DNA of 64,000 bases from Octopus vulgaris (lineage: Eukaryota): positions 77,934,001-77,998,000 of the forward strand of contig OX597825.1 in NCBI GenBank assembly GCA_951406725.2, written 5' to 3'. The position numbers and the translations under genes were made by a program. Shown here one piece after another: positions 27,999 to 42,052 of this stretch; the first letter of the stretch is position 1; every line of letters starts with the position of its first letter. The notes under the pieces are model-generated. The model was not told where the DNA came from, ran no database searches, and was given only the letters and a program-made list of their open reading frames with translations.

Positions 27999-29949
27999 TA
28001 TACATACATACATACATACATACATACATACATACATACATACATACATACACACACATATATATATATATATATCAGTTGCTTTAAGGTGTGTAGATCC
28101 TTTTTCTTCGTGGAGTGAGGAATTGAGCGCCAAGGATGTCTCTTATGCTCTTTCCTTTAACACAATGGAAAACAACCCTCTCTCCCGCTCCTCTACTTTT
28201 CCTCCTCTCTCTCTCCCTCTCTCTTTCGCTCTCTCTCTCTTTCTCTTTCTCTCTCCTCAGCCCCCAAACAAACAGCAAGAACCCGGAAGCACCAGATTCT
28301 TCTACAGTCTGGCAGGAATATAACTAATCGAAGACTCCTATATACTAATTGTTTCCTGGCGTCCATCCCCACCAGTTCGCCTCGAAATCCGTACGCCACC
28401 CGATAGATTAATTAATTACCGGATTCTATCAACTGAAAGATTAACTCTTTTATGTCCACTTCATTTCATCTGATAATCTTCTAATACTTTTCTTTCCCTT
28501 TGACATCCCTTTTGCTATTTCATTTTCAAATTGTGACCATCCTGCCTTATGTTGGCTAATTAAAAGGTTCTATATCCAGGAAACAGCATCCTAGTTCTAG
28601 AACAACCGAGTCGTTTTTTATATTCGAATCATTTCATTAAAATTGGGATTTTGAAGAACCGAATTAGACAGAAAGTGTCCGTACCAAAGTAATTATAGAT
28701 TATTCACTTAAACAGTTACTTCTACGAAACTGTTATTCGTTTAAGAGGTAACTAGTTGTAGACCGATTCTAGAGTATTCGTTTAAGCGGTTACCCTGACA
28801 ATTCGATACGTACCTGACTTAAGACAAGTTAGTGGAGTCAGTTCCTTTCCCTCTTGTTTTATTATTTACCCCGTTTATCAGTTCTATGATCAAACAGATT
28901 CCTTCCGTGGCCATCCTCTCTGTTTTTCAGACATACGGTAATTGAGGCTATCTTATGTTTGTCCTTCCTTTTACTTCCGTATAGGCTCAAATGAACCCTA
29001 ATCCAATGGTCAACCATCGAAGACCTCACGCTATAACCATTCTGTATTTTTTCTAGATTTAGTCGGTTGCGATTTGAAAGGGAATTGACTGATATTTTTA
29101 GTAGATCAAATAAACACGTAGGGACTCCCTCATTGACTCGCAGCAACAGTCAAGGAATTAATTTATTCGCTCAACCATTCCGCTATTTCATTTTTCTCTC
29201 TCCCTCCCTCCCCCTCTCTCTCTCTCTCTCTCTCTCTCTTTTCTTTCTTTATCTCTCTCTCTATCTATCTATCTGTCTCATATGCTATCACACATTTTAC
29301 TCCCTCTGTCTGTCTGTTGTCTCTCTCTGTCTCTCTCTGTCTCTCTCTCTCTCTCTTTCTGATTTACCTATTTGGTCTTTTGCCATAGCTTTACTGGCGC
29401 CATACTTCAGGGATTTTTTTTTTGCTTTTGGTTGTTGTTGTTTTTTGTTACCCCCCACCCCGTCCTTTCATACACTTCATTCTGCTTTATTTACAACCGT
29501 TAATCAACTGATGCCACTTCTACAACCGACACCATTTTTCCGTTAATATCTCGCAATCAATTTTATTTTAACCATCGCCAGTGGAAGCCTGCCTTTTGGC
29601 TCGAGAAAGGATCAACATATTGTGTAGTAAAATGAAGAACTTTTCTTATCTTTTCAAACAACTTTCAGTTCTTCTCTCATCCTCTAATTAAAGACATATT
29701 GAAATTCTATGCCAACATGGCGAGTGTCATAATCGTGTTTGTAGTTTACATTTTCTTGTAGACATTCGTCTTCCTTTCTGCCAAATTCTAATTTCACTGA
29801 GGCTGTCTACTCATTCATTCCCCGAAGCACTATCCATTGTTAGGCTCTGGTCAAGTTCCAAAACCTTTTTACCTATACACGGCTTTTGGGAGTTAAGAGA
29901 AGAGAGACGGAATGATTTAAAGCTTTTAGAAATATCGATTTATAATGGT

Positions 29950-30165
29950 ACTCTTTTACTCTTTTACTTGTTTCGGTCATTTGGCTGCGGCCATGCTGGA
30001 GCACGGCCTTTAGTCGATCAAATCGACCCCAGGACTTATTCTTTGTAAGCCAAGTACTTATTCTATCGGACACTTTTGCTGAAGCGCTAAGTAAGTTACG
30101 GGAACGTAAACACACCAGCATCGGTTGTCAAGCGATGTTGGGGGACAAACAGACACACAAACATA

Positions 30166-30215
<50 letters not shown>

Positions 30216-30285
30216 CACACACATATATATATATATAAATATATATACGACGGGCTTCTTTCAGTTTCCGTCTACCAAATCCAAA
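29950..30285 (-). mobile_element. SINE family A, 5'-truncated
   Basis: Matches the reverse complement of the 3' part of family A. Confidence 0.85.
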
Positions 30286-30314
30286 AGTCAATCATAAAAT
30301 AATAATAATAACAA

Positions 30315-30765
30315 TGGTTTCAAATTCTGGCATAAGGCCAATATTCTCGAGGAAAGGGATAAATCGATTACAATGACCCCGGGGCTCAAATGGTACTTAT
30401 TTTATCGACCCTGAAAGGATGAAAGGCAAAGTCGACTTCGGTGGAATTTGAACTCAGAACGTAAGGACGGGCGAAACGTTGCAAAAAGTATTTCGTTCTA
30501 CGTGCTAACGATTCTACCAGCTCAACGCCTTAAAATTTCACTTAATCATTCTGTTCTACTTTAGGAACAAGGCCAGAAATTTTGAGGGAGAGGGGATCAG
30601 TCGATTAGATTGATCTCAGTACACAACTAGTACTTAATTTATCGACCCCAAAAGGATGAAAGCAAAGTTGACCTCAGTGGAATTTGAACTCAGAACGTAA
30701 AGACAAACGAAATACCACTAAGCATTCCGATCTGCGTGCTAACGATTCTACCATCTCAGTGCCTT
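30315..30765 (-). mobile_element. Two tandem SINE family B copies
   Basis: tttatcgacccc..aaaggatgaaag..aaagt.gac.tc.gtggaatttgaactcagaacgt occurs twice. Confidence 0.85.
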
Positions 30766-30824
30766 AATATACCATTTAATTATTTAGCGGCGAATTAATA
30801 CCTACGAACCCTTCCGTAAATTAA

Positions 30825-31128
30825 AGTTTGTTTGTTCCTTCTCGAGCCATGCCTGGCTCATAGGGGCCGGTTTCCCTGTTTCCTTGGCGTATAGGTTCCC
30901 CACCTGGACGGGACGCCGGTCCGTCGCAGGTGAGCTGCAAGATACAGGAGGCAAGAGTGAGAGAAAGTTGTGGCGAAAGAGTCAGCAGAAGTTCGCCATT
31001 ACCTTCTGCTGGAGCCGCGTGGAGTTTAGGTGTTTCGCTCATAAACACACACATCCCCGGTCTGAGATTCGAACCCGCGATCCCCCGACCGCGAGTCCGC
31101 TGCTCTAATCACTCGGCCACGTGCCTCC
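30825..31128 (-). mobile_element. SINE subfamily C2, full length, with TSD
   Basis: Very similar to the reverse complement of 14659-14930; flanking repeat tccgtaaattaa at 30813-30824 and 31126-31137. Confidence 0.9.
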
Positions 31129-31526
31129 GTAAATTAATGTACCAGGCATTATTGCACCCCGATCTGAATAACGAAGTCCCACCGTCTTAACCCTTTTCCC
31201 AATCATTCCCAAAATGACGTTAATTATCCACAAAAAGATAGAATTGATGTCCTGCTTCTGTAATACTTTCTCATTATCTCCTGTGGGTTCTTTTCCATGG
31301 CCACCTCTAAAAGTATTTCATTCTTGCTCTTTTAAGAAATGTGTGAAAAATTATGGGAAACGAAATCATAATGCACGCGCACGCTGTGTGATGTGTATAA
31401 GTGTGTATGTATATGTATGTATGTGTTTGTCTGCACGAATAGGTGTGTGTGTGGTTCTGACCCAGCATGGCCAGAATCCAAAAATCAAAATATATAAAAA
31501 GAACAGAAAACAGTTAGCTACATTCG

Positions 31527-32150
31527 TTGCTAAAAATAGCAGCCAGATCGAACCTTCTTTTTGTTTAAAACTTCACGCCTTCCCAACCCACTTCTGTTGC
31601 TACAGTCATTGCTAAAAATAGCAGCCAGATCGAACCTTCTTTTTGTTTAAAACTTCACGCCTTCCCAACCCACTTCTGTTGCTACAGTCATTGCTAAAAA
31701 TAGCAGCCAGATCGAACCTTCTTTTTGTTTAAAACTTCACGCCTTCCCAACCCACTTCTGTTGCTACAGTCATTGCTAAAAATAGCAGCCAGATCGAACC
31801 TTCTTTTTGTTTAAAACTTCACGCCTTCCCAACCCACTTCTGTTGCTACAGTCATTGCTAAAAATAGCAGCCAGATCGAACCTTCTTTTTGTTTAAAACT
31901 TCACGCCTTCCCAACCCACTTCTGTTGCTACAGTCATTGCTAAAAATAGCAGCCAGATCGAACCTTCTTTTTGTTTAAAACTTCACGCCTTCCCAACCCA
32001 CTTCTGTTGCTACAGTCATTGCTAAAAATAGCAGCCAGATCGAACCTTCTTTTTGTTTAAAACTTCACGCCTTCCCAACCCACTTCTGTTGCTACAGTCA
32101 TTGCTAAAAAATAGCAGCCAGATCGAACCTTCTTCTTGTTTAAGATTTCA
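31527..32150. repeat. 82-bp tandem array, 7 identical units plus a diverged partial
   Basis: The gctaaaaa motif recurs at 31529, 31611, 31693, 31775, 31857, 31939, 32021, 32103. Confidence 0.95.
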
Positions 32151-32947
32151 TGTCTTCTCCACAAATATTATCTCAATACCATTCCGTTTCTACTTCAGAA
32201 GTACTTGGAATCCATACTTTCATCGCAATTTTCATCAATGGATTATTCTGAGAACATTGTGTTACTGTAGAGTTTGAAAACGTAATCCCTGTGGGTTTCG
32301 CTAGTTTAGCCTTTCGTTGAAACCAATAACAAAGGTTCTTTACATTTTTATTTTTCTCTTCACAAAAGACACATTTGCTCAATTCCCTTCGGTAATGATA
32401 AATAACTCTTGTATAAGAGCTCGGTCTGTTGAAGTACTTCAATTCTTACGAGGCTTGTTCACTCTTTCATAATTCTTTTCTCTTCTCTGCCATTTCCAAG
32501 ATTCGTTTGATTTTATACTCCGCTCGAACCATTCATGTGTCCAAACACTGCTTTTAAATTTTGGCACAAGGCCAGCAATTTCGAGGAAATACATAAGTCA
32601 ATTACAACAATCCCACTGCTCAACTGTTACTTATATTCTTTTGTACTCTAGACACAAGGCTCTTAATTTATCGACCCCGAAAGGATGAAAGGCAAAATCG
32701 ACCCATGCAACACGCGAGCAACATACATACATATACAACATCCATCCATCCATCCTTCCATCCGTCCATAAATACATATATACATACATACATGCATACA
32801 CACATACATACATGCATACATACATACATGCATACACACATACATACATACATGCATACATACATACATACATACATACATACATACATACATACATACA
32901 TACATACATTCATTCATACATACATACATACATACATACATACATAC

Positions 32948-33339
32948 AAGGCGGCGAGCTGGCAGAAACGTTAGCACGCCGGGCGAAATGCGTAGCCGTA
33001 TTTCGTCTGCCGTTACGTTCTGAGTTCAAATTCCACCGAGGTCGACTTTGCCTGTCATCCTTTCGGGGTCGATAAATTAAGTACCAGTTGGACACTGGGG
33101 CCGATGTAATCGACTTAATCCGTTTGTCTGTCTTTGTTTGTCCCCTCTATGTTTAGCCCCTTGTGGGTAGTAAAAAAACAGGTATTCCTTCTGCCGCTAC
33201 GTTCTGAGTTCAAATTCCGCCGAGGTCGACTTTGCCTTTCATCCTTTCGGGATCGATTAAATAAGTACCAATTACTCACTGGGGTCGGTATAATCGACTA
33301 GCCGCCTTCCCCCAAATGTTTTTCAAGGCCTTATGGCTA

Positions 33340-33340
<1 letters not shown>
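32948..33340 (+). mobile_element. SINE family B, dimeric
   Basis: aaggcggcgagctggcagaaacgttag head; B-box-like gagttcaaattcc duplicated; (AAT)n tail. Confidence 0.85.
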
Positions 33341-33426
<86 letters not shown>

Positions 33427-34264
33427 TAATAATAATAATAATTAAAAGAAGAAGAAGAAGACGAAGAAGAAGAAGAAGAAGAAGAAGAAGAACAAGAATA
33501 CGTACATACATACATACATACGTACATACATACATACATACATACATACATACATACATACATACATACATACATACATACATACATACATACATACATA
33601 CATACATACATACATACATACATGCAGAAACAGAACATATACACTAACGCGCGCACACACGCACACACACACATGCATAAGACACGCGCGCATTCATCTC
33701 AACAGTTAATATTTCATTCTCGCTTTAAAGAGATATCTTCTGTTGAATAAACTCTGAGAATTCTCTTGCATGATTTCGCCTAATAGCTGCACATCTGTCG
33801 GCACCAGAGTACTTAGTGCTAATGGTACATGTTTGCCGATGTTTCGTTCAGCTCCAAAAGAAAAGATGGCACAATAAATGCCAACAGCAGTGAAATATGG
33901 CGAGTTGAGTCGTCAAATATATTTTTAGCCCACCTGCCCACCCCTCCACCTACTTTCATGGCGTTGAGTAGAGAATAGGGAGGCAAACAACATACGGATG
34001 TAATAGACTAACATGGAGGCATCTACGTGTGTATGCCTGTATGTATATATATATGCGTATGCATGACTTATGTATGCATGTATGTATGTATGTGTGTTTG
34101 TATGAACGTGTATAAGAAAGTGCCTGCATGTACGTATATATACAAGTGTAATATACATAAACACTTATGTTCATATATATATATATACATATATATATAT
34201 TATATATATATATATGTATATCTGTATATACACACACACGCACATATATATATATATGCATGCA

Positions 34265-34326
<62 letters not shown>

Positions 34327-35069
34327 GATATATATATGTATACATATACACTCACACACATATACAAATATACATATATATATATACACATAAAAGTAAA
34401 TATATATATATACATACAAAGATACATACACATTTACATACATATATACATACATTCATACATACATACATATATGCATACATACATACATACATACATA
34501 CATGCATGCATACATACATACATGCATGCATGCATGCATACATGCATACATACATACATACATACATACATACATACATACATACATACATACACACATA
34601 CATACATACATACACACATACATACATAACTGCCTCATATTGTCAGCTGATAGCTGCCTCGCCTCATGATAGTGAGGTATCTGCACGTCATTGTAGTTAA
34701 GCAACAAGACCCTGTACAACACTCTCACCCCCCTTTCAGTCGCCATATTACGCAGGTCCCAGTGACAAGCATTACAAAATAACTCATAATATTTTGACTG
34801 CAATTTTTTGTCAGATTATCTTTATCCTAGAAGGGCTAATTTCCCGAGGGCTATGTCAAATAATAACAAACGGGAGCCCCCTCTACCTCTGGGAAATATA
34901 TTTAATTCATCGACAGAGCCCTGACAGGCACTGCAGTTCCGTACCACCATGAATCTGGTAGTAATGATAACTAAGGGGTGGCTTTACGCTCCTCCACAAC
35001 TCCAGAAACCCAAGACTCGAGCTTCACCATCGGATGCAAGTGTAAGATCAGACCCAGGATAGATAGATA

Positions 35070-35466
35070 TTCTTTTCTACTCTAGGCACAAAGCCCGACA
35101 ATTTGGGGAAGAGGCAGTCGATTAGATTGACCCAAGAACGCAACTGGTACTTAATTTATCGACCCCGAAAGGATGAAAGGCGAAGTCGACCTCGACGGAA
35201 TTTGAACTCAGAACGTAAAGACAGACGAAATACCTATTTCTTTACTACCCACAAGGAGCTACACACAGAGGGGACAAACAAGGATAGACAAACGGATTAA
35301 GTCGATTATATCGACCCCAGTGTCCAACTGGTACTTATTTAATCGACCCCGAAAGGATGAAAGGTAAAGTCGACCTCGGCGGAATTTGAACTCAGAACGT
35401 AGCGGCAGACGAAATACGGCTACGCATTTCGCCCGGCGGCCTAACGTTTCTACCAGCACGCCGCCT
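35070..35466 (-). mobile_element. SINE family B, dimeric
   Basis: Similar to the reverse complement of 32948-33340. Confidence 0.85.
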
Positions 35467-35677
35467 GAGGACAGATATATATTGATATACATTTATGTAT
35501 GTGCATATGTGTGTGGGTGCATGTGTCTGTGTGTATGTGCTCGTGTGTAAGTGTATGTGTGAGTGTGTGTGAGTATGTGTGTGCTTGTAAACACCGTAAA
35601 CACTCGTGAAGGTCTACAACTGGGGCAAAGCATAGCCAACATCTCAATAAATGTAGCACCGTTTATGTTGCAAAGCA

Positions 35678-36067
35678 TTCTTTTACTTGTTTCAGTCATT
35701 TGACTGCGGCCATGCTGGAGCACCGCCTTTAGTCGAGCAAATCGACCCCGGGACTTATTCTTTGGTAAGCCCAGTACTTATTCTATCGGTCTCTTTTGCC
35801 GAACCGCTAAGTGACGGGGACGTAAACACACCAGCATCGGTTGTCAAGCAATGCTAGGGGGACAAACACAAACGCACACGCGTATATATATATATATATA
35901 CATATATACGACAGGCTTCTTTCAGTTTCCATCTACCAAATCCACTCACAAGGCATTGGTCGGCCCGGGGCTATAATAGAAGACACTTGCCCAAGATGCC
36001 ATGCAGTGGGACTGAACCCGGAACCATGTGGTTGGTTAGCAAGCTACTTACCACACAGCCACTCCTG
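35678..36067 (-). mobile_element. SINE family A, full length
   Basis: Matches family A. Confidence 0.9.
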
Positions 36068-36617
36068 TGGCTATTTTGAATGTTTTAATGAATTTCGTGA
36101 CTCTGTCATGACGTAGCTGCTTCAATTTCCTCACACCACCTCAGATTAAGTTACCTGCCTAAATACAACTTGTACATATAGACATACATACACAAATACG
36201 TATGTATGCATGCATATATATATATATATATATTATATATATTATTTAAAATCTATTCTGTCTCTCTGTGTGTCTTCTAGGATCTCGGGCATCCTCCATC
36301 CGATTGCGCACAAATTTGATATGTTGATACCGACGGTATCAGGGCGTGTATAAGTCTTGAAAAATTACAAAAATCTGATTCCAGGTGAGAATGCGATCGA
36401 TAAAGCCGTGGGAACGTGCATTTGTAAAATCGTTTTTCTTTGGAATAGAAAAAAGTCTATCTTTATTTCTTCTTTTGGTGGTGTCTCAAATTTAGGTTAA
36501 ATAAGTGTTTCTCAAAGGGGTGGCCTATGGGACAGTTGAACAAGTTTTTTGAGAAAATTTGGTTTAAATGTTTGACAACTCAGTACCGTCCATTGGACGG
36601 TGGGGAGCGTTTTGCTC

Positions 36618-36680
<63 letters not shown>

Positions 36681-36711
36681 CATATATATGAATATGTATA
36701 TATATATGGGT

Positions 36712-37138
36712 AGGCGCAGGAGTGGCTGTCTGGTAAGTAGCTTGCTTACTAACCACATGGTTCGAGGTTCAGTCCCACTGCGTGGAACCTTGGACTAGTG
36801 TCTTCTACTGTACTATAGTCTCGGGATGACCTAAGCCTTGTGAGTGGATTTGGTAGACGGAAACTGAAAGAAGCCCGTCATATATATATATGGATATATA
36901 CATATATGTTTATGTGTGCGTCTATGTTTCTGTGTCCGTGTTTGCACCCTCCCCCAACATCGCTTGACAACCGATGCTGGTGTGTTTACGTCCCCGTAAC
37001 TTAGCGGCTCGGCAAAGGGGAACCGATAGAATATGTACTAGGCTTACAAAGACTAAGTCCTGGGGTCGATTTGTTCGACTAAAGGCGGTGCTCCAGTATG
37101 GCTGCAGTCAAATGACTGAAACAAAAGGGTAAAGGAGT
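36712..37138 (+). mobile_element. SINE family A, full length
   Basis: Matches family A. Confidence 0.9.
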
Positions 37139-37739
37139 ATATGTGTGTGTGTGTGTGTATGTTATACATACATGCATATATATATACACACATACATGCA
37201 TACATACATACATGCATATATACATACATACATACATACATACGTACATACGTACATACATACATACATACATACATACATGCATACATACATACATACA
37301 TACATACATGCATACATACATACATACATACATACATACGTACATACATACATACATACATACATGCATACATGCATACATACATACATACATACATACA
37401 TACATACGTACATACGTACATACATACATACATACATACATGCATACATACATACATACATACGTACATACGTACATACATATATGCATACATACATACA
37501 TGCATACATATATACACACACACATACATACATGTCTGTATTTTATGTTGTTTTATAGCTGTGCATTTGTCTGTATAATCAACGCACACAGAATTACACA
37601 CACAAACTCACACACACACTAACACACACACACTTGCTCACTAACACACACACACACTTGCACACATACCGTACACATGCACAAAAATACACACGCACGT
37701 GTGCGAACACAAGTACTGCGTGAAACTATTCGACATAAT

Positions 37740-39460
37740 CCACCCGAAACACGCAACCCACCACCACCCGCCACCACCCGCCACCACCACCCGCCACCGC
37801 CACCACCCCTACACTCCACCACTGAACTACCTACCCCTCCACATCCACCCCGCCATTACTCTCCCACCCTGTACCCACCCTTGTCACTATCATTTCATCT
37901 CATCATTTCATCCCACCTCTCCCAGTTATGCTGTGCCAATCTGTTGTTTCCCCCCACCTTTTCGTGTGTGTTTAAGCACCACCACCTCCACCACCACCAC
38001 GCCCCAACTCACGTGATCATCATCGCCAACACCCACCCGCCCCCGCAACGCCAGCAACACCACAGCCATCTTTAGTAATAGCTATCTCCGCCAACATCAC
38101 CACTATTAAGTAACACCACCATCATCACTACCACCACCATCACCACTACCACCACCATCACCACTACCACCACCATCACCACTACCACCACCATCACCAC
38201 TACCATTAATAGTGCCACCACCACCACGACCACCACCGCCTCTACCACCACTATCAACAACACCGTCACCACCCTCAACACCATCACCACCATCAACGTC
38301 ATTACCAACGCTATTACTTTCAGCATCACTGCTACCACCACTACCACTACCTCCACCACCACTATTAGCTAATCTCCCTGGCACCACCACCACCACCACC
38401 ATCACTTTTACTGATATCCCTATCACCAACCTCTTTATCAACACCACCTCCGCCACCAATACTAGTATTATTTAGTACTACTACCACCACCACCACCACT
38501 TCTATTATTTAGTACAACTACCACCACCACCACCCCCACCACTACTATTATTTAGTACTACGACTACTACCACCACCACCACCACTACTATTATTTAGTA
38601 CAACTACCACCACCACCACCACCACCACTACTATTATTTAGTACTACGACTACTACCACCACCACCACCACTACTATTATTTAGTACTACGACTACTACC
38701 ACCACCACCACTGCAAACCTCTCTGCTACGACGTTTTCCTCTAACATCACCAGTACCGCTACCACCAACACCACCATTACTCATACTTAGTATTGCCATG
38801 ACCACCACTACCAACCCCACTTCTAGTACTACTACCAGTAAATGCGCCAACAAATCTGCTACTACTACTACTAAAACTACTATTTCTACTGTTACTACTA
38901 CCACTACTACTAACGTCAGCGCTACCACTAGCACCATCGCCATTACCTTCATCACTACACTTACCAATCCAGTACAACCACCGCTACCACTACTGGTATC
39001 AAAGCCAACGCCTTAACCACCACCACTACCACTACTACAACCATAACCACCACCTCTATCACCAGAACCATCACCATTAACAGCAGTACCACTACAACCA
39101 CCGCCACCACCACTAACACCAGAACTATCACCGTTAATAGTACCACTACCACCACCACTACCAATACAACAACCCACCAGATCACCATTAATAGTACCAC
39201 TACCACCACCACCACCACAACAACACCGCCACCACCACTACCTCCACCAGTACCGTCACTACACTACTAACAAAACCATCACCACCACCACCACCACCAC
39301 CACCACCATTACAACAACCGCCACCACCACTACCTCCACCAATACCGTTATCACTAACAAAACTATCACTACCACCGCCACTACCACCACTACCACCACC
39401 ACTACCACCACCACCACCACCGCCAATTACCACCACGCGACTCCCCCCATGCCCTCCCAT
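37740..39460. repeat. Long degenerate (ACC/ACT)n low-complexity tract with a ~40-bp higher-order repeat at 38455-38710
   Basis: tattatttagtac occurs 6 times, separated by ACC runs. Confidence 0.85.
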
Positions 39461-39686
39461 CCTCGAGCAACGCCTTTATCATCTCGCTCACTTCATTCCT
39501 TCCGTTTGCTTGTCTACACATATAAAGATAAGCGTTATCTTGTTGAAGGACAATTTACAAAGTTGTAAGAATCGCAGATATCAAATGAACCAGAACACAT
39601 TATACATCAGCAAATAGACATAAAATATATATATATACACCCCCACACACACACACCCATTAGGTATGTGGGTGTATGTATGTGTG

Positions 39687-39724
<38 letters not shown>

Positions 39725-39939
39725 TATATATATATATACATGTATACAGATGAATGTGTGTGTGTATGTCTATTGCTGTTTACGTCTATGTGAATAGGTA
39801 TTTATTTCATATACATATGTTATGAATATCTAAACATATACATGTTTGATACATACATACATGCATACATATATATATATATATATATACACAAGAAAAA
39901 AGCAACAAGTATATATATATATATATATATGCATATATA

Positions 39940-40468
39940 CGAGGGTGGGTCAAAAGGTAATGCCATTTTGTTTAGGACAGGTATAATTACCAACACAGGA
40001 ACATGTATCATACATTAAAATGAAGCTGGTCCTCTGTGGATCACATCCCTCTTTCTCAACCTAGTCACCGTTTATCTCAATAGCAATGTTCCACCTTCAA
40101 ATGAGAGCATGTATTCCTGCCCCCGTAAAATTCTATTGACTGGTCTTCACTACCTCCATACTCACCAGACTATCATCTCTTCGGTGCCACGAAAGAGGGT
40201 TTGAGAGGCAAACATTATTCCAGTCACGAGGAAGTGGAAACTGTAGTGAAGAAGTGGCTCGAAGAACAGTTATCAGAATTTAACGGGACAGGGGTACATG
40301 CTCTCATTCGAACGTGGAACATTACTATTGAGAGAAACGCTGACTGTGTTGAGAAGTCGGGATGTGATCCAAAGAGGACCAGCTTCATTTTGATGTATGA
40401 TACATGTTCCTGTGTTGGTAATTATACCTGTCCTAAACAAAATGGCATCACTGTTTGACTCACCCTCG
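39940..40468. mobile_element. Mariner-derived palindromic MITE (both arms from the 3' end)
   Basis: TA-cgagggtg...caccctcg-TA; ~200-bp inverted arms; plus strand encodes PYSPDYHLFG..KEGLRGKHYSSHEEVETVVKKWL...DCVEK. Confidence 0.9.
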
Positions 40469-40504
40469 TATATATGCATATATATATATATATGTATGTA
40501 TGTA

Positions 40505-42052
40505 TACAAACCCAACAACCCTGGCCGCCCCATCGTCTCCGCCTGTAACTGCCCCACGGAGCTCATCTCTAAATACCTCGACCGTGTCCTTGCCCCCCTA
40601 GTGGCATCTCTTCCCTCCCACATCCACGATACCAACCATGCTCTCCGGCTTTTCAACTCTTTCTCCTTTCCTCCCGGCTCCTCCAAAATCCTTTTTACTA
40701 TGGACATCCAAAGCCTCTATACTGTTATCCCTCACCACGAAGGACTGCAGGCCCTTCGACACTTTCTTGACCTCCGCTCTAACCCTGTACCTGACACCTC
40801 CACACTCATTCGTCTGGCCGAACTTGTCCTTACTCTGAACTGCTTCTCGTTCGCGGGCGAGTTCTACCATCAGGTCTCGGGAGTGGCCATGGGAACGCGA
40901 ATGGGCCCCAACTATGCGAACCTGTTCGTTGGCTATGTTGAGGCCCAAATATTCTCTAATTTCACTGGTCCCACTCCTGAACTATATGGTCGTTATATTG
41001 ACGACATTATCGGTGCCACCTCACTCTCCCGCGAACATCTAGATTCCTTCCTCTCTTTCGTCCAATCTTTCCATCCAGCCCTCCACTTCACTTCCACTAT
41101 CTCCAACACCTCTGTCTCCTTCCTCGACATTTCGGTTAGCATTCTTCACTCCACTCTTACCACCTCCATTCACTACAAACACACAGACTCACACTCATAC
41201 CTCAACTTCTCTTCCTCCCACCCAGAACACACCAAGCTTTCCATCCCCTATTCCCAATTCCTCCGTCTACGTAGGCTCTGTAGTGACGACCATGACTTTG
41301 AGACTCAGTCTCAACGTATGGCTCACCACTTCACCCTACGTGGATACCCCCTCACCACTATCCACACCGCCCTTGCCAGAGCACGGTCCGTGGACCGTGT
41401 ATCTGCTCTCTCTCCCCGAACCCGCCCTGTAGTCTCCCGCCTCCCTTTTCCCCTCACTTACCACCCCACGACCCTACGTCTCCAACGCACCATTCTTCGA
41501 GCTTTCCGTCATCTCCAGTCCGACCCGTCCACTTCACACCTCTTCCCTAACCGACCCCTCCCCTCTTTCAAACGAGCCCACAACCTTCGAGACCTTTTGG
41601 TCCATAGCTCCTTCCCTGACCCTACCTCCCAACCCGGCTCGTTCCCATGCTCCCGCCCACGTTGCCGCACTTGCCCTTACCTCTCCAACACCACCCGCCT
41701 CACTAGCACCCACCATCGACCCTATCCCATCATCCACTCCTTCACCTGCACCTCCAGCAATATTATCTATTGCATCTCTTGCTCTCTCTGCAATTCCTTG
41801 TACATCGGACAAACGGGACGCCGCTTGGCTGACCGGTTCGCGGAACACCTTCGTGACATCCACCTTGCGAACGACACACCGGTCTCACGCCATTTCCGCT
41901 CCACCGGTCACTCCTTGCAACACCTATCTGTGTTCGGTTTGTCCTTACACAGAGGCCATCCGGATTCCCGTTTGCGCCGTGAACAGGAATTAATCTTCTC
42001 TCTTCGCTCTTATACGCCATTTGGTCTCAACTCTCCTCCCCTCCTCATCTAA
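40505..42052 (+). CDS. PLE reverse transcriptase + Cys-rich linker + GIY-YIG endonuclease (515 codons, N-terminally truncated)
   Basis: PGRPIVS, LFTMDIQSLYT, GVAMGTRMGPNYANLF, YGRYIDD, SFLD, RLRRLCS, CSRPRCRTC, IIYCISCSLCNSLYIGQTGRRLADRFAEH; no stops or frameshifts. Confidence 0.95.
   Translation, partial: YKPNNPGRPIVSACNCPTELISKYLDRVLAPLVASLPSHIHDTNHALRLFNSFSFPPGSSKILFTMDIQSLYTVIPHHEGLQALRHFLDLRSNPVPDTSTLIRLAELVLTLNCFSFAGEFYHQVSGVAMGTRMGPNYANLFVGYVEAQIFSNFTGPTPELYGRYIDDIIGATSLSREHLDSFLSFVQSFHPALHFTSTISNTSVSFLDISVSILHSTLTTSIHYKHTDSHSYLNFSSSHPEHTKLSIPYSQFLRLRRLCSDDHDFETQSQRMAHHFTLRGYPLTTIHTALARARSVDRVSALSPRTRPVVSRLPFPLTYHPTTLRLQRTILRAFRHLQSDPSTSHLFPNRPLPSFKRAHNLRDLLVHSSFPDPTSQPGSFPCSRPRCRTCPYLSNTTRLTSTHHRPYPIIHSFTCTSSNIIYCISCSLCNSLYIGQTGRRLADRFAEHLRDIHLANDTPVSRHFRSTGHSLQHLSVFGLSLHRGHPDSRLRREQELIFSLRSYTPFGLNSPPLLI

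Noticed and set aside
31527-32150. CRISPR-like array
   Set aside because: Identical head-to-tail units with no unique spacers, no cas genes, and a eukaryotic context.
33790-33843. pre-miRNA-like hairpin
   Set aside because: Large internal mismatches and no recognisable mature miRNA.
36245-36620. Possible Helitron-like non-autonomous element
   Set aside because: 5' region is suggestive but I found no 3' hairpin-CTAG terminus.
40273-42020. Minus-strand ORFs overlapping the PLE
   Set aside because: Antisense shadows of a compositionally skewed coding strand.
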